64,000 nucleotides of DNA, from NCBI RefSeq assembly GCF_009914755.1, contig NC_060925.1; one strand, written 5' to 3'. Position 1 is the first letter of the stretch, and each line of letters starts with the position of its first letter. This document shows, one piece after another, positions 27,501 to 41,814 of this stretch. A program made the position numbers and the translations under genes. The stretch comes from the human T2T-CHM13v2.0 reference genome, Homo sapiens. A model generated the notes under the pieces. That model was not told where the DNA came from. It worked only from the letters and a program-made list of their open reading frames with translations, and ran no database searches.

Positions 27501-29119
27501 CACACACAAAGGTATACTTAATACATTAGCCTTCAGGGGAATACAAATCAAAACCACAATGAGATACCACTTCATATCCACCAGGATAGATATAATTAAA
27601 AAGGCATATAATAACAAGTGTTGGCAAGAATGTGAAGAAATTAGAACCCTTATACACTGATGGTAAGAATATAAAATGGTATAGCCATTTTGGACAACAG
27701 TCTGTCAATTTCTCAAATGATTAAACACAGAGTTACCATATGACACAAAATAAATGACTCGAGAAATGAAAACATATGTTCACACAAAAAATTGTACATG
27801 AGTGTTCACAGCAGCATTATACATAGTAGCAAAAAAGGAGAACAACCCAAATGTCCATCAACTGATGAATGGATAAATCAAATGCAGTATATCCACACAA
27901 TGGAATGTTATTTCAGCCAAAAAAGAAAAGAAGCAGGGAAGGGGAAAAGTAACTTTACAGTGGAGAGACCTGACAAACACTACTTAATGCAAGTGATCAA
28001 GGTCAACATCAACAATTATAAATCATGTTGACAATATGTACCCTTGATATGATTTAATGACAATGGCACTTTGTTTCTATTATCTTCCTCTCAAAAGTCC
28101 ATACCCCTAGCATAATCATGACTTTTGACAAAGGTGCCAAAACCATTCAATGGGGGAGGGACAGTCTCTTCAACAAACGATGCTGAGAAAATTGGATATT
28201 CACACGCAAAATAATAATAATAATTATAAAGTTGGGTCCTTACCTAACACCGTATACAAAATTTAACTCAAAATGAATTCAGGATCTAAATGTAAAACTA
28301 TATATACCTAAGAATAAAACTTACGGGGAACATTCCATAATATTGGATTTGTCAATGATTTCTTAGATATGACACCAAAGGTACAGCAAACTAAATAAAA
28401 AAATAGATAAATTGGACTTCAAAATGAAAAACTTTTGTGCATCAAAGGATACTATCAACAAGTAAAAACACAACCTACAGAATGGGAGAAAATATTAACA
28501 TATCACATATCTGATAAGAAATCAATATCCAGAATATATAGAGAACTCTTAAACCTCAACAACAAAAAAAGAAACAACCCAATTCAAACATAAGCAGAGG
28601 GCTTGAATAGATATTTCTTCAAACAAGATATACGAATGGCCAATAAGTACATGAAAAGAGGTTCAACATCACTAATCATTAGGGAAATACAAATCAAAAT
28701 CACAAGATAGCACAATGAGAAAAATGTCAAACAAATTCTGATACAGGGACATTCTGACCAGTACCCCTCAAAACTGTCAAGGCCAACAAAAACAAGGAAA
28801 GTCTGAGAAACTGTTACAGTCAAGAGGTACCTAAGAAGACATGACAACTAACTATTATGTAGTATTATCCTGGATAAAATCCTTGAACAGAAAAAGGACA
28901 TTAAGTAAAAATTTAAGAAATCTGAATTATGGACTTCAGTTAATAATAACATATCAATATAAGTTCATTAATTATAATACATATATCATAAAAAATTAGA
29001 TGTTAATAATAGGGAAAACTGGCAGGGAGGGGTGTAATGGGGGAACTCTTTATAATATCTGTTCAATTTCTCTGTAAATCTAAAGCTGTTCTAAAAAATA
29101 AAGTCTATTAATAAAAACT

Positions 29120-29236
29120 GAAGGAGAATTGCTTAACCTGGGAGGTGGAGGTTGCAGTGAGCTGAGATCGCACCACTGCACTCCAGCCTTGGCGACAAGG
29201 GCAAAACCCTGTCTTAAAAAAAAAAAAAAAAAAAAA
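29120..29236 (+). mobile_element. Alu right-arm fragment
   Basis: GGAGAATTGCTTAACCTGGGAGG...poly-A. Confidence 0.85.
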
Positions 29237-30505
29237 CACTGAAAAAAGGAATCTATGCAAAGTAAAAAATTTAAAAAATGATTAGAAAGAGAACTAAAGT
29301 GCTGAAACATGCTACAACATGAATGAAGGTTGAAAGCATCATGCTATGTGAAAGAAACCAGTCACAAAAGACCACATATTCCATTTATATGAAAAATATC
29401 CAGAAAAGGAAGTAGATGAGTGATTGCCAGGGGCAGAAGAATCCGTGCAGGGGAGGGTTAAGGTGCAATAGGCAATAAATGCTAAAGGGTACAGGGTTTC
29501 TTTTGGGGGTGATGAAAATGTTCTAAAATTAATTGTGGTCATGGTTGCACAGCTCTGTAAATAAACTGCCTACTACAAAACACTGAACTATACACTTTAA
29601 ATAGGTGAATGTTATGGTATGGGAATTATATCCCAATAAACCTGTCATTAAATAATGGCACATAATTTCTCAGAGTTAAAAACACATATTCAGATCACAA
29701 GGGTTCACTAAGTGTCTAGCAAAATAATAAAAATACACCCATATACTAAATAAGTAAATGAATGAGAAGAGAAAGCTTTTCCTTACAGTACAATCTCAGT
29801 TAATAAATGAAGGAATGATGGAAACAGAAAATCACTATTTGGCAGATACCACAGAATTAACTGTTCCAGTCAAGAATCATCATACTTTCATATTTTTTTC
29901 ATAATACTAAAATTAGTGGATGAAAGAATGAGAAAAAGTACATTTACATAGTCTCAAGTTATCTCCCCACAAGATACTTATTAATTATAAAGGGAAAATA
30001 GTAACTTTACAATAGAGAAACTTGGCAAACACCTCCTTAACCACATGATCAAAGTTAACATCACCAGTAGTAAGATCCAGATATCATAAGTCCTTTTGAT
30101 ATGATGCACTCAAAAGGACCCAATATCACTTCTGAGTATTCCTGACAAAAACGTATAACCTGAATTTAATCATGAGAAAACATCATACAAACCAAAATTA
30201 AAGTCTCGTGTAGGCTAGCCTTAATTCTCCAACTAAAATTTAGATTTCTTGTGATTAGCAATCATATTATACATTCATTATGAATTTCTCAAATGTCTGA
30301 GAAGTACCAAGTACAGATTAATCAATACCAGATATGGCAACAACATGGCATTAGACTGGGTTACAGTCCCCACTATGCCACTTCTTTGTATAAGACCCTG
30401 AACAACTCAACCCCTTGGAATCTAGATTTTCCTCTCTATAAACATACTTGCACTCTGGCTATTTCATTGTGTGGATCTGAGGAACAAACGAGATAATGCA
30501 TATAA

Positions 30506-30869
<364 letters not shown>

Positions 30870-30939
30870 AGAAGCCATTATTATCAACTTTTCACATAAA
30901 ATAATTTCAGAGCTATTGTTTAAAACAGTTTCAACTTAC

Positions 30940-31006
30940 CTTGAAAATCAGAATCATCCTGTGTTAAAATACTCAAGAACCCTCCTAAAAGATTTTTCAC
31001 AGTTCC
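30940..31006 (-). CDS. LYST: LYST exon 10 (67 nt; [22 protein letters not shown])
   Basis: TCTTCAG| acceptor, AAG|GTAAGT donor. Confidence 0.95.
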
Positions 31007-31490
31007 CTGAAGATTAAAAAAAATACAAAATTAAATTACTTACCTCACAGAAGCATGAAACAACTGCAATGTCATAATAAATTCTATGATAGGGTATCTA
31101 CTATATATGTATATATGTATTTAAAAATGACTAAAAAGACTACTATGTGTAGGATTATACTAATTTTCATTTTCTTTTTATACTGATTGATTTTTCAAAA
31201 CAGTGAGCATGTATTAAAATTAAATGCATTTTTAAAAATATTACCCAGTCTCAGAAATAGATGAGGATTTACTACTGGCTAGCAAAGGACATTAATTTTC
31301 TATGCTACTTTAGAAAACTATGGAATTAGAAGATTTTGGAATACCACTTGTAGGTATTCACCTGAGGTACCAGAAAAGATAAGTAATCATCTCAAATAAT
31401 TTTCAGAAAAGCTGGGTTATACATAAGGAGATGTTATTGGGTGATGAGTCTGATAAATATTGATCACATTTAACTAAATGAATTTTTTAC

Positions 31491-31717
31491 CTGTTGCATG
31501 AGCAGAAAAACATTCTTTTCTTTCTGCCTAATAATTTTCAAAAAACTCTCAAATACATGGGCAAGCACATCAAGTTTGGCTTTACTAGCAGAAAGCAAAT
31601 TTAATTCCAGCATACAAATCTCAGGATAAATTATTTCCCCTTGAGTGAGGTTTTCGAGTAAGTCATTTGGACTGCTTGATGCACTGAAACCTTCTGTTTC
31701 AGACTTTAAGTCTACCC
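31491..31717 (-). CDS. LYST: LYST exon 9 (227 nt)
   Basis: CTTTTCAG| acceptor, CAG|GTAAAA donor; encodes [10 protein letters not shown]...NVFLLMQQ. Confidence 0.95.
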
Positions 31718-32533
31718 CTGAAAAGAGAAAAGCGAAAGATTACTTGTATTCCCTAAACACTAAATATTTCAAACTTCATTAATCATTTAGAAGATCTAGT
31801 GGCAAAAATAGTAATTCAGAGGATGCTTACAAAACCTTTTCCAATCTTTTCCTATAACACAACTTTTGACAATGATATGGAAATTTTGAAGATTAATGAG
31901 TTCCCTTAAAAGCAATTTTCATCTTCAATAGAACTACAAATTTTACAAATAAGAATTTTTACAGACATATGATAGAGATTTAACACATCCCATGGACACA
32001 ACTTTAAAAAAAAAAAACCTATTCAAACTTTCTGACCCCCCCCTCAAATACCTAAATCACAGAGCAGTTCAATTTGCCTACCCAAATCTTTGTGAAAATA
32101 GTAGGCTTGACTAGTGGTTGGAAGAATGATCAATTTTGCCTTCTTCATAAGTGAGAAACAGACTCTGTCTTATTGAATATTGCATTTTGGAAAATTTGAC
32201 TTATATGATCTTTTAAGACTGCTGTGCTCTTAATAAAATGTTGATACAGTTAAGAAATTTATAAATTTCTACCTAGATCAGAATTCTTTAAGTTGAGATC
32301 TACTTAGCAAACATAAAAAAGGAGGAAATCCAAAATTATAAAGTCAAATCTGTACTATGGTAAGCTGTACTATAAAAAAATTAATAAACCAATATTTTTT
32401 CAAAAAGCACCAGTCATGGGTCCATCAAGCCCTTTAAGTAAGATATCAGTGATTATTCCCATTCACTAGATGAGAGCGAGAAAACTGACTGTGAGGAAGA
32501 TATCCTACTGAGAACTCAGTGAAGACTAGCAGT

Positions 32534-32839
<306 letters not shown>

Positions 32840-33526
32840 CTAGCAGTACTGGGACACTCACAAGGTCAGCATATAAAAAGATGGAGTCTTGCCAGAAGTC
32901 TCTTGGCTCTAATCAACCCATCTTTTCCATTCTACTCATTTTAAGTCCAAAGACAAGGGAGGAAAGGATCATAGGCAATATAGTTCCATCCTAAAGACAA
33001 ATTGAGCTGTGGTAAACTAAGAAGAAATCTATGCTTGGCTGTCACAGACAGGTGTCTGCATTCCTGTATTATGTATTCTTTATAACAAACTGCCTGAATG
33101 CTCTTCCTGCCAGTGTTTGTCTGCCTAGCTTGTTTTCATTTAGTCCTCAATGTAAACATTGCCTCTTCAGAAAGGACTTCCCTCACCACCCAGTTACTAA
33201 TACGACATCACCCAGTTTATCGATTTCTATTTTATTATCTATTTCTGGTATTTACTGTCTTTCACACTAGAATATACATGAAATTGGGGACTCTGTCCTT
33301 CACTCCATGTTCTTAACCACTCAGATGATGTTTGTGATAACAAACTATATCACATTGTTGCATATATGAATGCCAGACTGTTGGGAAGATCAATAAAAAG
33401 ATTATGCAACACACTTGTTAAACTGTAAGGCAATACAAAATTCTAAAGTGGTATTATTATGAACCATTTTGCTATTTAATGATCTGGCTTGCAGATCTAA
33501 TTACAAGCACTTCAATGATATTTTAC

Positions 33527-33683
33527 CATCATCCTGGGTTTCGCCATCTTCAGGATTGCTTTCACTATCTGCTTCGTAACCTTCTTCTTCAACTAAAAGT
33601 TTAAAACTACAACACTGAGAATCCTCAGCTTCTTCTGAAAAATCACCAGGCTGGGATGACAATTCTTCTGCAGATTGATGACT
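33527..33683 (-). CDS. LYST: LYST exon 8 (157 nt; [15 protein letters not shown]...DGETQDD, acidic)
   Basis: TTTATAG| acceptor, ATG|GTAAAA donor, frame continuity. Confidence 0.95.
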
Positions 33684-35122
33684 CTATAAATCAGTGTAAT
33701 TCAAAGGTTGTAACATTTGCTTGTTTTTAGTAATAGAATACTTATTACTCAAAAGTCATGTTAAGGACAGTTTCAATATTTTCTTGAAGAAAAAAACTTA
33801 GTAAACAATATGAATCATTATAAATTATGAAATTCACTCAGCAAAATTTCCCAGATCCTTTCAGACAACTTAATACCTCAAAAAGGGGGTTTCTAACAAA
33901 GTAAGTTATAGGTCATTTCAGTTTAATAAATAAATCTATGTAAGAAATTTCATTCTAGTTATACAATTGGAAATGACAAAAAACCACAATGTGGTAAAAT
34001 TTTACTTCATACAATTTAATACTAATATATATTATTTGTGCACATTTGTTAATAAAAAAGATTTTTTCATAAGGATTTTTATAAATGCCTTATAAGTTAG
34101 GTAACTAGAGCAGACAAGACATTTTTTTCAAAGGGATTAATTAAAAGATCTCAGAATGCAACTGTCTACATAACAAGCATCTCAGAAGTCAAGAGTTCCA
34201 GTACTAACTTCCTGTGTAAGAAAGAAATTTTCCTTTTCTTATAAAAATTCCACTAATACCTTCATTTTAGAAAACATTTTCACTTAAAGAAGCTCAGAAT
34301 ACTTCATCATTGTAACAACAATAAAAGGTAGAATAAAGTAGGTATTTTAACATTTTACAGTTAGTCAATTAATTCAGTAATATGATGAACGTATTCATAG
34401 CTATTTCAGCATGTTTTTAAGTTATGGCAAATAGTAACATAAAATGTTATTTCAAAACCTTATAAAACATTATATATATGGCTAGATCAAGGAGCTAAAA
34501 GGAGAAGTTATATAAAAAATAAAGGACAGATGGCAACTAAAGGTAAAATAAACATAAAATGAGAGGGAAACAAGCCAATTATGTACCACATAATTTTAGG
34601 AAAGAAAATTACAACAGTTGTTTTAGGAAAAAATGTTAAACAACTAAAACACTGTGACTGCTATTTTCTATGTAGGCACTAGTCATTTTTATGTTGAATG
34701 ATTTAAAATTAATGTGAGTAGAGAGTTCTGGAAATATTAGCTATACCACCAAAGAACCAGATAGGATAGGTAAATCACCACCATCCCTGAATTAGCATTT
34801 AATACACTATCAGGTATATGTAAAATATACCAAATCAAGTAATATATTTCTGTCTTAACTCGAAGTAATTCTCAGTAAATTTCCAGATTAGATAAGGAAA
34901 AGCTTATCATATCACTCTCCTGTTATGTATAAGACAGGGCAATGACAAAATACTGTCCATCCCATCACATATCCATCACGAGGAGATAAGATCCACTGAA
35001 CTCATCTGACCAAGTCCTAGTCCATATGCTCTAATGACATTCATCAGCGTCCTAGTGTCATCCCACACTTCCGCCTCTGCTGGTCATACCCAAAGAACAC
35101 AACTATATGTTGTTATTCATAC

Positions 35123-35284
35123 CTTCTCAGTCATAGCATCATTATGTTCAAAATCTGCTGAATAATTCCCGAGGGCAACTCGAAGCAGGGCATCAAATAA
35201 AGGCTTTGCTAGTTGTGTTTCAATCACCTTTGACTGGGAAAGATGGTCCCTCATTTCAAATAATATACTTTCCACAGACAAGTT
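35123..35284 (-). CDS. LYST: LYST exon 7 (162 nt; [13 protein letters not shown]...DAMTEK)
   Basis: CCTTAG| acceptor, AAG|GTATGA donor, phase 0-0, open frame. Confidence 0.95.
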
Positions 35285-36158
35285 CTAAGGTAAAATAAAA
35301 GAGACTAAGAATATTAATAACCATTTTAAAAAACTAAATGATGAAAAAATAAATAATAAATATTTACTTAAGTATAAAGCTAATCCATTTATTTGCAGTT
35401 GATATGAAAGCAAAATGACTATATAAATATCTAGCTCTATACAAACATCCTGTTAAAATTAATAACATTTTTATTGATAAAATACTTAGTTCATCTTATT
35501 TGGTTTTCATTGCAGCATGGTAAAGAATGGCAAGAAATGAAGCTAAGCGAAGAAGTCAAAGCAAGACTGAAGAGTTTTGTGTGCTGTGTTAAAGCTTGTG
35601 AATTTCAATTGTGGAAATTCAGTGTGGAAGCATCAGGATTTTTTAGAGATAAGGCAACATGGAGGCTGGAACTGAAGTAGGAAGAGCCTGTTGGCTGACT
35701 GAACAGTTAGGTGTAAGTTAGTGAGGACAGAAGAGGTCTGCCATATTCCAGGTCCCTAGATTCCTTTTTAGTTGAGAAATGATCTCAGGAGAAAACTTGT
35801 AAGAATGTGAGGTAAAGCAGAAGAGGTTAGGAGAAGAATCTGGACAAAGATGTGGTTTTAGGAGAAGTCTCGTCCCAGCCTCATTTCCTGGGAAGCTCTG
35901 GAGCCTGAAGTGCCCCACAATGATTGTCCCCACTTCTTAGAGCCACATCTATCAGCATTAGCTATGAGCATCCTTCCCAGGCATCTTCCATCGGTCAAGG
36001 GTGATTCCTGGAAGATGGGTGCTGATGCGCAGATGGTGAATGGGTGATCAGTTTGGTAAAGGAGTTCTGGGCAGGGCAGCCAACAGTATCACACAAAAAT
36101 TTAGATCTTTCAACTTTGAAACACAATATCCATTATTATTCATCTGACACTTATAAAA

Positions 36159-36330
36159 TGTGTGTGTGTGTATGTGTATATATACATAAAACATAATATA
36201 TACACATATATAAAAGTAATATATTATATGTTATATATAACACAATAATATATATATTACATATATTATGTAATACATATTACATTTTTTATATATATAT
36301 GTGTGTGTGTATATATATGTATATATATTA
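36159..36330. repeat. (TG)n/(TA)n low-complexity microsatellite
   Basis: Directly visible. Confidence 0.9.
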
Positions 36331-36361
36331 CATAAGAGTTGGACTAAGGACAAGGTATTAC

Positions 36362-37391
36362 CTGATTAGGTAACTCCAATTCCATCTTCTGTTGACTAGT
36401 TCTGGCACCATGAAGACAAATGGCCAGAAGGGCTTCCAAAAGTCGTATACTTTGAAGTGAGGTCTCACTTTCTTGACTTGTAAATAGCTTTGCTTCCTCG
36501 GGAGCGGCTTCAGTAGCTGAAACTTCTTCCACATTTATGGAAGAAATATGCTGTAACTCTAATTTACCTAAACTGTCAGCACTCTTTTTTAGACTACCTA
36601 GTTCTGATGGTATGGGGTCACTTTTTATAGCCAAAGATAATAAATCTTCCTTCATAGTTCTCTTAGGTTGAGAAATTCTGTTTAAATCCTGGTTTTCATT
36701 TACACTTGTATCTCCCTCCTTTTTTCCTTGCTCCTCTTTGTGACTTCTGAACAGTTTCTGTATTATCATAAATATTAACTTATGGCATACTCGGAAACCA
36801 CCAAGCCTATAAAACTGTTTCTGGAACACTGAACTCAACATGTAGATCCAACGACACATAGACCAAATGTCTGCTGCTTGGTGCATATGTTCAGGAGAAG
36901 GCAAGACAAGGCTCTCGAGAGATATACATGGCAGCATATGACTTAAAGGCTCGCTGGCTGTGCTGTCATAGCCAGAAGTATCTTCTGAGTCATTGGCCGA
37001 CTCCCTGTCAGACTCTGCTTCTTTACTTACGCATAAAAAAGCCACACAGAGGAATAGGTTTATTGTGTTGATATGAACATCTTGGTTAACAGTCTTCCGT
37101 CTCTTTGGATAAGCTTCTTTGAGGCCAGCATAAAATTTGCTGAGACTCTGAGGAGAATCTGAATAAGCTTGCTGATGATGAAAAGAAGTACCCACATGTA
37201 CAGAGGACAACTCCTTCTGTTCAATGTCTATCCCATCAATATCTGGAACTGAGGCATCTTTCTGTTGCTCCCCTAGGCTGATTATCAGAGTTTCAAATGC
37301 TTTTAGAGAATGACTTCGAATACCATTTAAGCAATTTAATTCGATTATTTGACTTACTCCATTACAACTCAAAAACAAATCTCTTATTACC
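36362..37391 (-). CDS. LYST: LYST exon 6 (1030 nt; codons 788-1131)
   Basis: Core of the 370-aa ORF; TTTCACAG| acceptor, CAG|GTAATA donor. Confidence 0.97.
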
Positions 37392-39073
37392 CTGTGAAAG
37401 AAAAAAAGCATGTAAAAAGGTTTAAATAAAGAAACATCATTTATAAATAGGTACATATAATATTTAATATATCGCTATTGCATGTGGGATATACTAACCA
37501 CTACCTAATTTTATTCATCAATTATCAGGCTAAAGTTCTTAGTTAGATATAATTAGGACCTCAAGTTACTTTCTAATTACTCTGATATCCTTCTTCAAAC
37601 GTTTGTATATATGGCTCCAGCAGTATCTAAAAAGAAAAGATTGCCTGTCCCACATTAAATGAAGCAATTCAGGGAAGAATATTTTTCTCCAAATGGCAAA
37701 TTCTATATAAATTCTGAACACCACAGCCACCACCACACCTGAGGTGGACACCCTGAGGGCAGGCAAGCATGTGTTTGTTCATTAGTTTGTCCGCCTGATG
37801 GTTCACTTGGGAATTTTTGTTTACTTTAAATCTATACCTTATGAAGGGAAAGAATCACACTAGAGCTGAAAATCTTCGGAAGGCTCAGCATCACATGAAT
37901 TTCCCTTCTAATTGGGCTAATTGAACAGTCAATGGTACAAATATTATAAAAGTTTTTCAGCTCTGTCTCAGGTGAGACTTGTGTCTAGATCATTGGAATC
38001 CTAGTAATAACTTTAATATAAGCCAGCTAGGTGATTCTCAGCCCTTTCATCACAAAGATTCAGGTTGTCCACGAATACGCCAAAGAGTTACAAAACTTTC
38101 AAATCAGTCAGTTCTAGTTAAACAATGCCAAAATGTCAGAAAAATTTTTAAATGACTGTAAGGCATTGATTTAACATCAATAATAGTTTTAAAGTAGTTG
38201 TGCTAAGATTGACCAAAAAATGCCACACACGAAGATATTGATAGGTTATTTTTGTATAAGTTTCTAAAATGGTATATGCATTAATTTGAAAGACCAGTCT
38301 ACCCATTCGTTTATAAAATTATTTTTAAATGCACCAGATTTGGCAATCACAAAGTCTGGAAAACTCACTGATAGGATTAAAAGTAATTTTAATATTCTTA
38401 TTTTTGTTTATCTATATTTTCTAATTTTTCTACATATATTGCAGAGGTTATAAATGTAAATATAATATTTTAAAATTAATAATCCCATTAGTGCCTCTGC
38501 CTCAATAATCATTTTATGTATTATTTTACATGTAATACATATTTTACATAGTTGTAAATAAGTGAACACTATTTTAATTGTTTATATTTTACCCATAAGA
38601 TATTATAATCATTTTCTCATATTCCAATATGATCTTTGTAAACATTTTCAATGGCCAATAATATTCTATCAAGGAAATATAAAGTAATTAAACTTGCCCT
38701 GCTCTTGGATATCTGTGTTTCATCTACGTTTTTCTCAGTTGTATATCTAAAACTTTTCTTTTTGTTGAGAAATTAAAATCAATGGCTGTATCCTCTTCTC
38801 TATAAACAGCTCAGTAAAAAATGCATACATACATAAACAAATGGTTAAAACAAATCTGACATGGAAGGAGAACATTTTTTGTTGACAAATTGAAATTAAA
38901 TCCTAGGAAAGAATAAAGAGTAAATACGATCACACTGCTGCCAAAGCCCTGGAGATATCAGTGTTAGAAGTTTAAATGCATACAATTTATCACTCACTTG
39001 AAAGCATCCAATGAAAAAGATCTAGACATGCTCAACAACCCCCGCCCCCGCCGCCACCCACACACATACAAAC

Positions 39074-41153
39074 CTGGATTTGAGCAGGATAGGCAGAGTT
39101 TTTACATAAATCTGAAGCACGTCCTGAGGCAAGCACTGGTTATGATGGCTACATACATGACTTTGAGCTGAAGTAACGCTTAGGTGTTGACAATGATGTG
39201 CTAATTCAACTCCTCTTTGGAGCACAGGATTAAATATGTAATTATATAATTTCCACTGAACAACTATATTGCCTTTCTGGATTAAATTGCAAATGTGATT
39301 TGCAATCTGTATACTATGTAATCTGTCTTCTTCAAAAACAAAGTTCTGATAAGCCTTTAAAGCATCCCATTTCCACAACAAATCTTCAGATCCACTGCTG
39401 GGCAGGATCCCTTGAAATCTGTAAGAAGGACTGGATAAACTTGAGGAGAGTTCAGCATCACATAAGTTTCCCTGCAGTGTCTCTTCTAATTGGGCTAGTT
39501 GGTCAGAGTCAACAGTACAAATATTACAAGCTGCTTTTTTAATTTTTGGTGATATCTCTGCTCCTCCTAACTGATCCAAAATAAGTTTGTTAAGGATATT
39601 CAATATATGCTGCTGAAAATTTTTCAGTGCTGGCAATTTAAAAGCATGGAGCAAAGGAATGATTACAGATTTGGGATCCATACAACAGCATATTCCAATG
39701 TTATGAACACCCGATAGGATCTGGACACAAGTGCTGCTCAAGGAAGCCTGCTGCAGTAAGCGCAAGCACTGATGGGCACACACTGCAATGCAACAGCACC
39801 GCTCAGGATAATAAACATCTCCATCTGCAGTCTCTTCAAATGGGTTTTTGGAAACCTGGTTTTTAAAAGCCGAAACCAGAAGACCTGAGAGATCTCGGTG
39901 ATGATGCATAAAATGAGAATATTCACATCGTCTGTGCCTTTTTCTTGTACACATCGAATGATGAAGTTGCTCTGATTTCACTTTTTTGACAGTGCTCATT
40001 ATTTTCATCACACTATTTATTAGGGCTTTCAAATGCTCTGAGGCCTCGGGAGGAACTCCATCTCTTAAAACCAGCCATTCCATTTGAAGAACTGCTGTTT
40101 CAAATAAATTAAATCCATGATGCTGAATGAATTCTTGAACCAAATCCATGGCTTGACTGAAGTAGAAGGGATTTGAAGCTGCACTCTGAAGACAACAGAT
40201 CAGAATCTGAAGAACTCCTTCCAAAAGCTCAGGTAAAAGAAGGGCTCTATGACGATACTTTGAAAACACAAAATCTTCCTGAACCTCCTGCAGTGTTTTC
40301 TTTTGTCTTGGTGCAAAAGGGTCAGGCTGCTTTTCTAGGCATATTCTAATTTTTAAAGCTGCTCTAAGCAATTCAGTTAAATTTTTCCTAAGATTTTCTG
40401 GCATCATCTCTGCAGTACTAACATCTACTGACAGAAGATGCAACACTGTTCGAAAGAGCATCCTTTGAATCAAAGCCACCGGTTCTTCGGTCCAACCTGC
40501 AGAAACTACTCGACTCTCCAAGTTGTCGCTCAGACTGCAGCAGTCCCCAAAGCCTGCTAGGAATTCAGTTAGTGTGGGCACTACACTGGCTGCTAAAGGA
40601 GAATTATGATTCAAGGTAACGTCAAACTTACAAACTTTTTCTAATAAAGATAACAAAACATGACATAAGTCAAATGGAGAATTGTTCATGTTACTGATAA
40701 CAGACAAGGCAGCTGGCTCACTTAAAATGTCAGTGTTTGACCCCTGTCTTGGAATAATCTCTCTGGAATTTTCCAAAGCCATAGCATCTGGAGGAGTCTG
40801 TTCTTTGGTTGCTAAGCGGTCAAGTTTAGCTTTGGGGTGGTCTTGTTTAGGAAACGATGTTAAAAAATGATGCAGCAGATGGGGCCTTCTATGCTTATTC
40901 ATTGCTATGCCTTTTTCATCTGAATTGGCTTCTGAATCTGAGGTGGAGAGCTGTGTCTTTCTTGCATCTCTTACAGAATAGCGATGGGTAATTTTACGCT
41001 GTCGTCTGCTTTTTCGAAAAACATTTACTTTTGCAGAAACCTGACTAGACAGGGCACTTCCTTCTAAATGTAATTTTTCCTGAGTGGATCTTTGTGAACT
41101 TGAGTTCTTTTCTTTGGTCAGGATTATATCTGCTGAGAGCGGTAGGTTAAAAT
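39074..41153 (-). CDS. LYST: LYST exon 5 (2080 nt; codons 95-788; helical ARM/HEAT-like region)
   Basis: Core of the 722-aa ORF; CCATTAG| acceptor, CAG|GTTTGT donor. Confidence 0.97.
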
Positions 41154-41324
41154 CTAATGGAATGAAAAAAGAAGGCTTAGAATACCTCAATATGTTTTAA
41201 AACTCAATTTTAAGGTGACAGCCCTCTTATTTATCTTAAACCCACTAAAGGAGTTTATCCTCAATGTATTTTGCTGCAGGGCTGATTTCCTTCATTTATG
41301 TCATATCTCTGGGTTACCTCCTCT

Positions 41325-41480
41325 CACACTTATCCTTACTCTAAACACTAGCTGACATTAGTTCAAAGGATACAAATTGATTTTTAAAACAACAAAACAG
41401 AGGCACACCTATACTTACTCTGAACACTAGCTGACATTACTTCAAAGGATACAAACTGATTTTTAAAACAACAAAAGAGA

Positions 41481-41482
<2 letters not shown>
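41325..41482. repeat. 79-bp tandem duplication (2 copies)
   Basis: AACACTAGCTGACATTA.TTCAAAGGATACAAA.TGATTTTTAAAACAACAAAA repeated at a 79-nt period. Confidence 0.92.

Positions 41483-41814
<332 letters not shown>

Larger units (their letters stand above)
25480..30200 (+). mobile_element. Nested old L1M fragments
   Basis: Repeated L1 ORF2/3'UTR motifs (GAATGGGAGAAAATATTTGCAAA, AAATCAAAACCACAATGAGATACCAC); boundaries approximate. Confidence 0.7.

Noticed and set aside
31440-31470. Box C/D-like GTGATGA...CTGA
   Set aside because: The boxes are only a few nt apart and lie antisense to the host gene
35000-35090. Hammerhead ribozyme or C/D snoRNA, suggested by CTGATGA in a stem-loop
   Set aside because: No GAAA after a stem II, and no box D CTGA with terminal stem at a suitable distance
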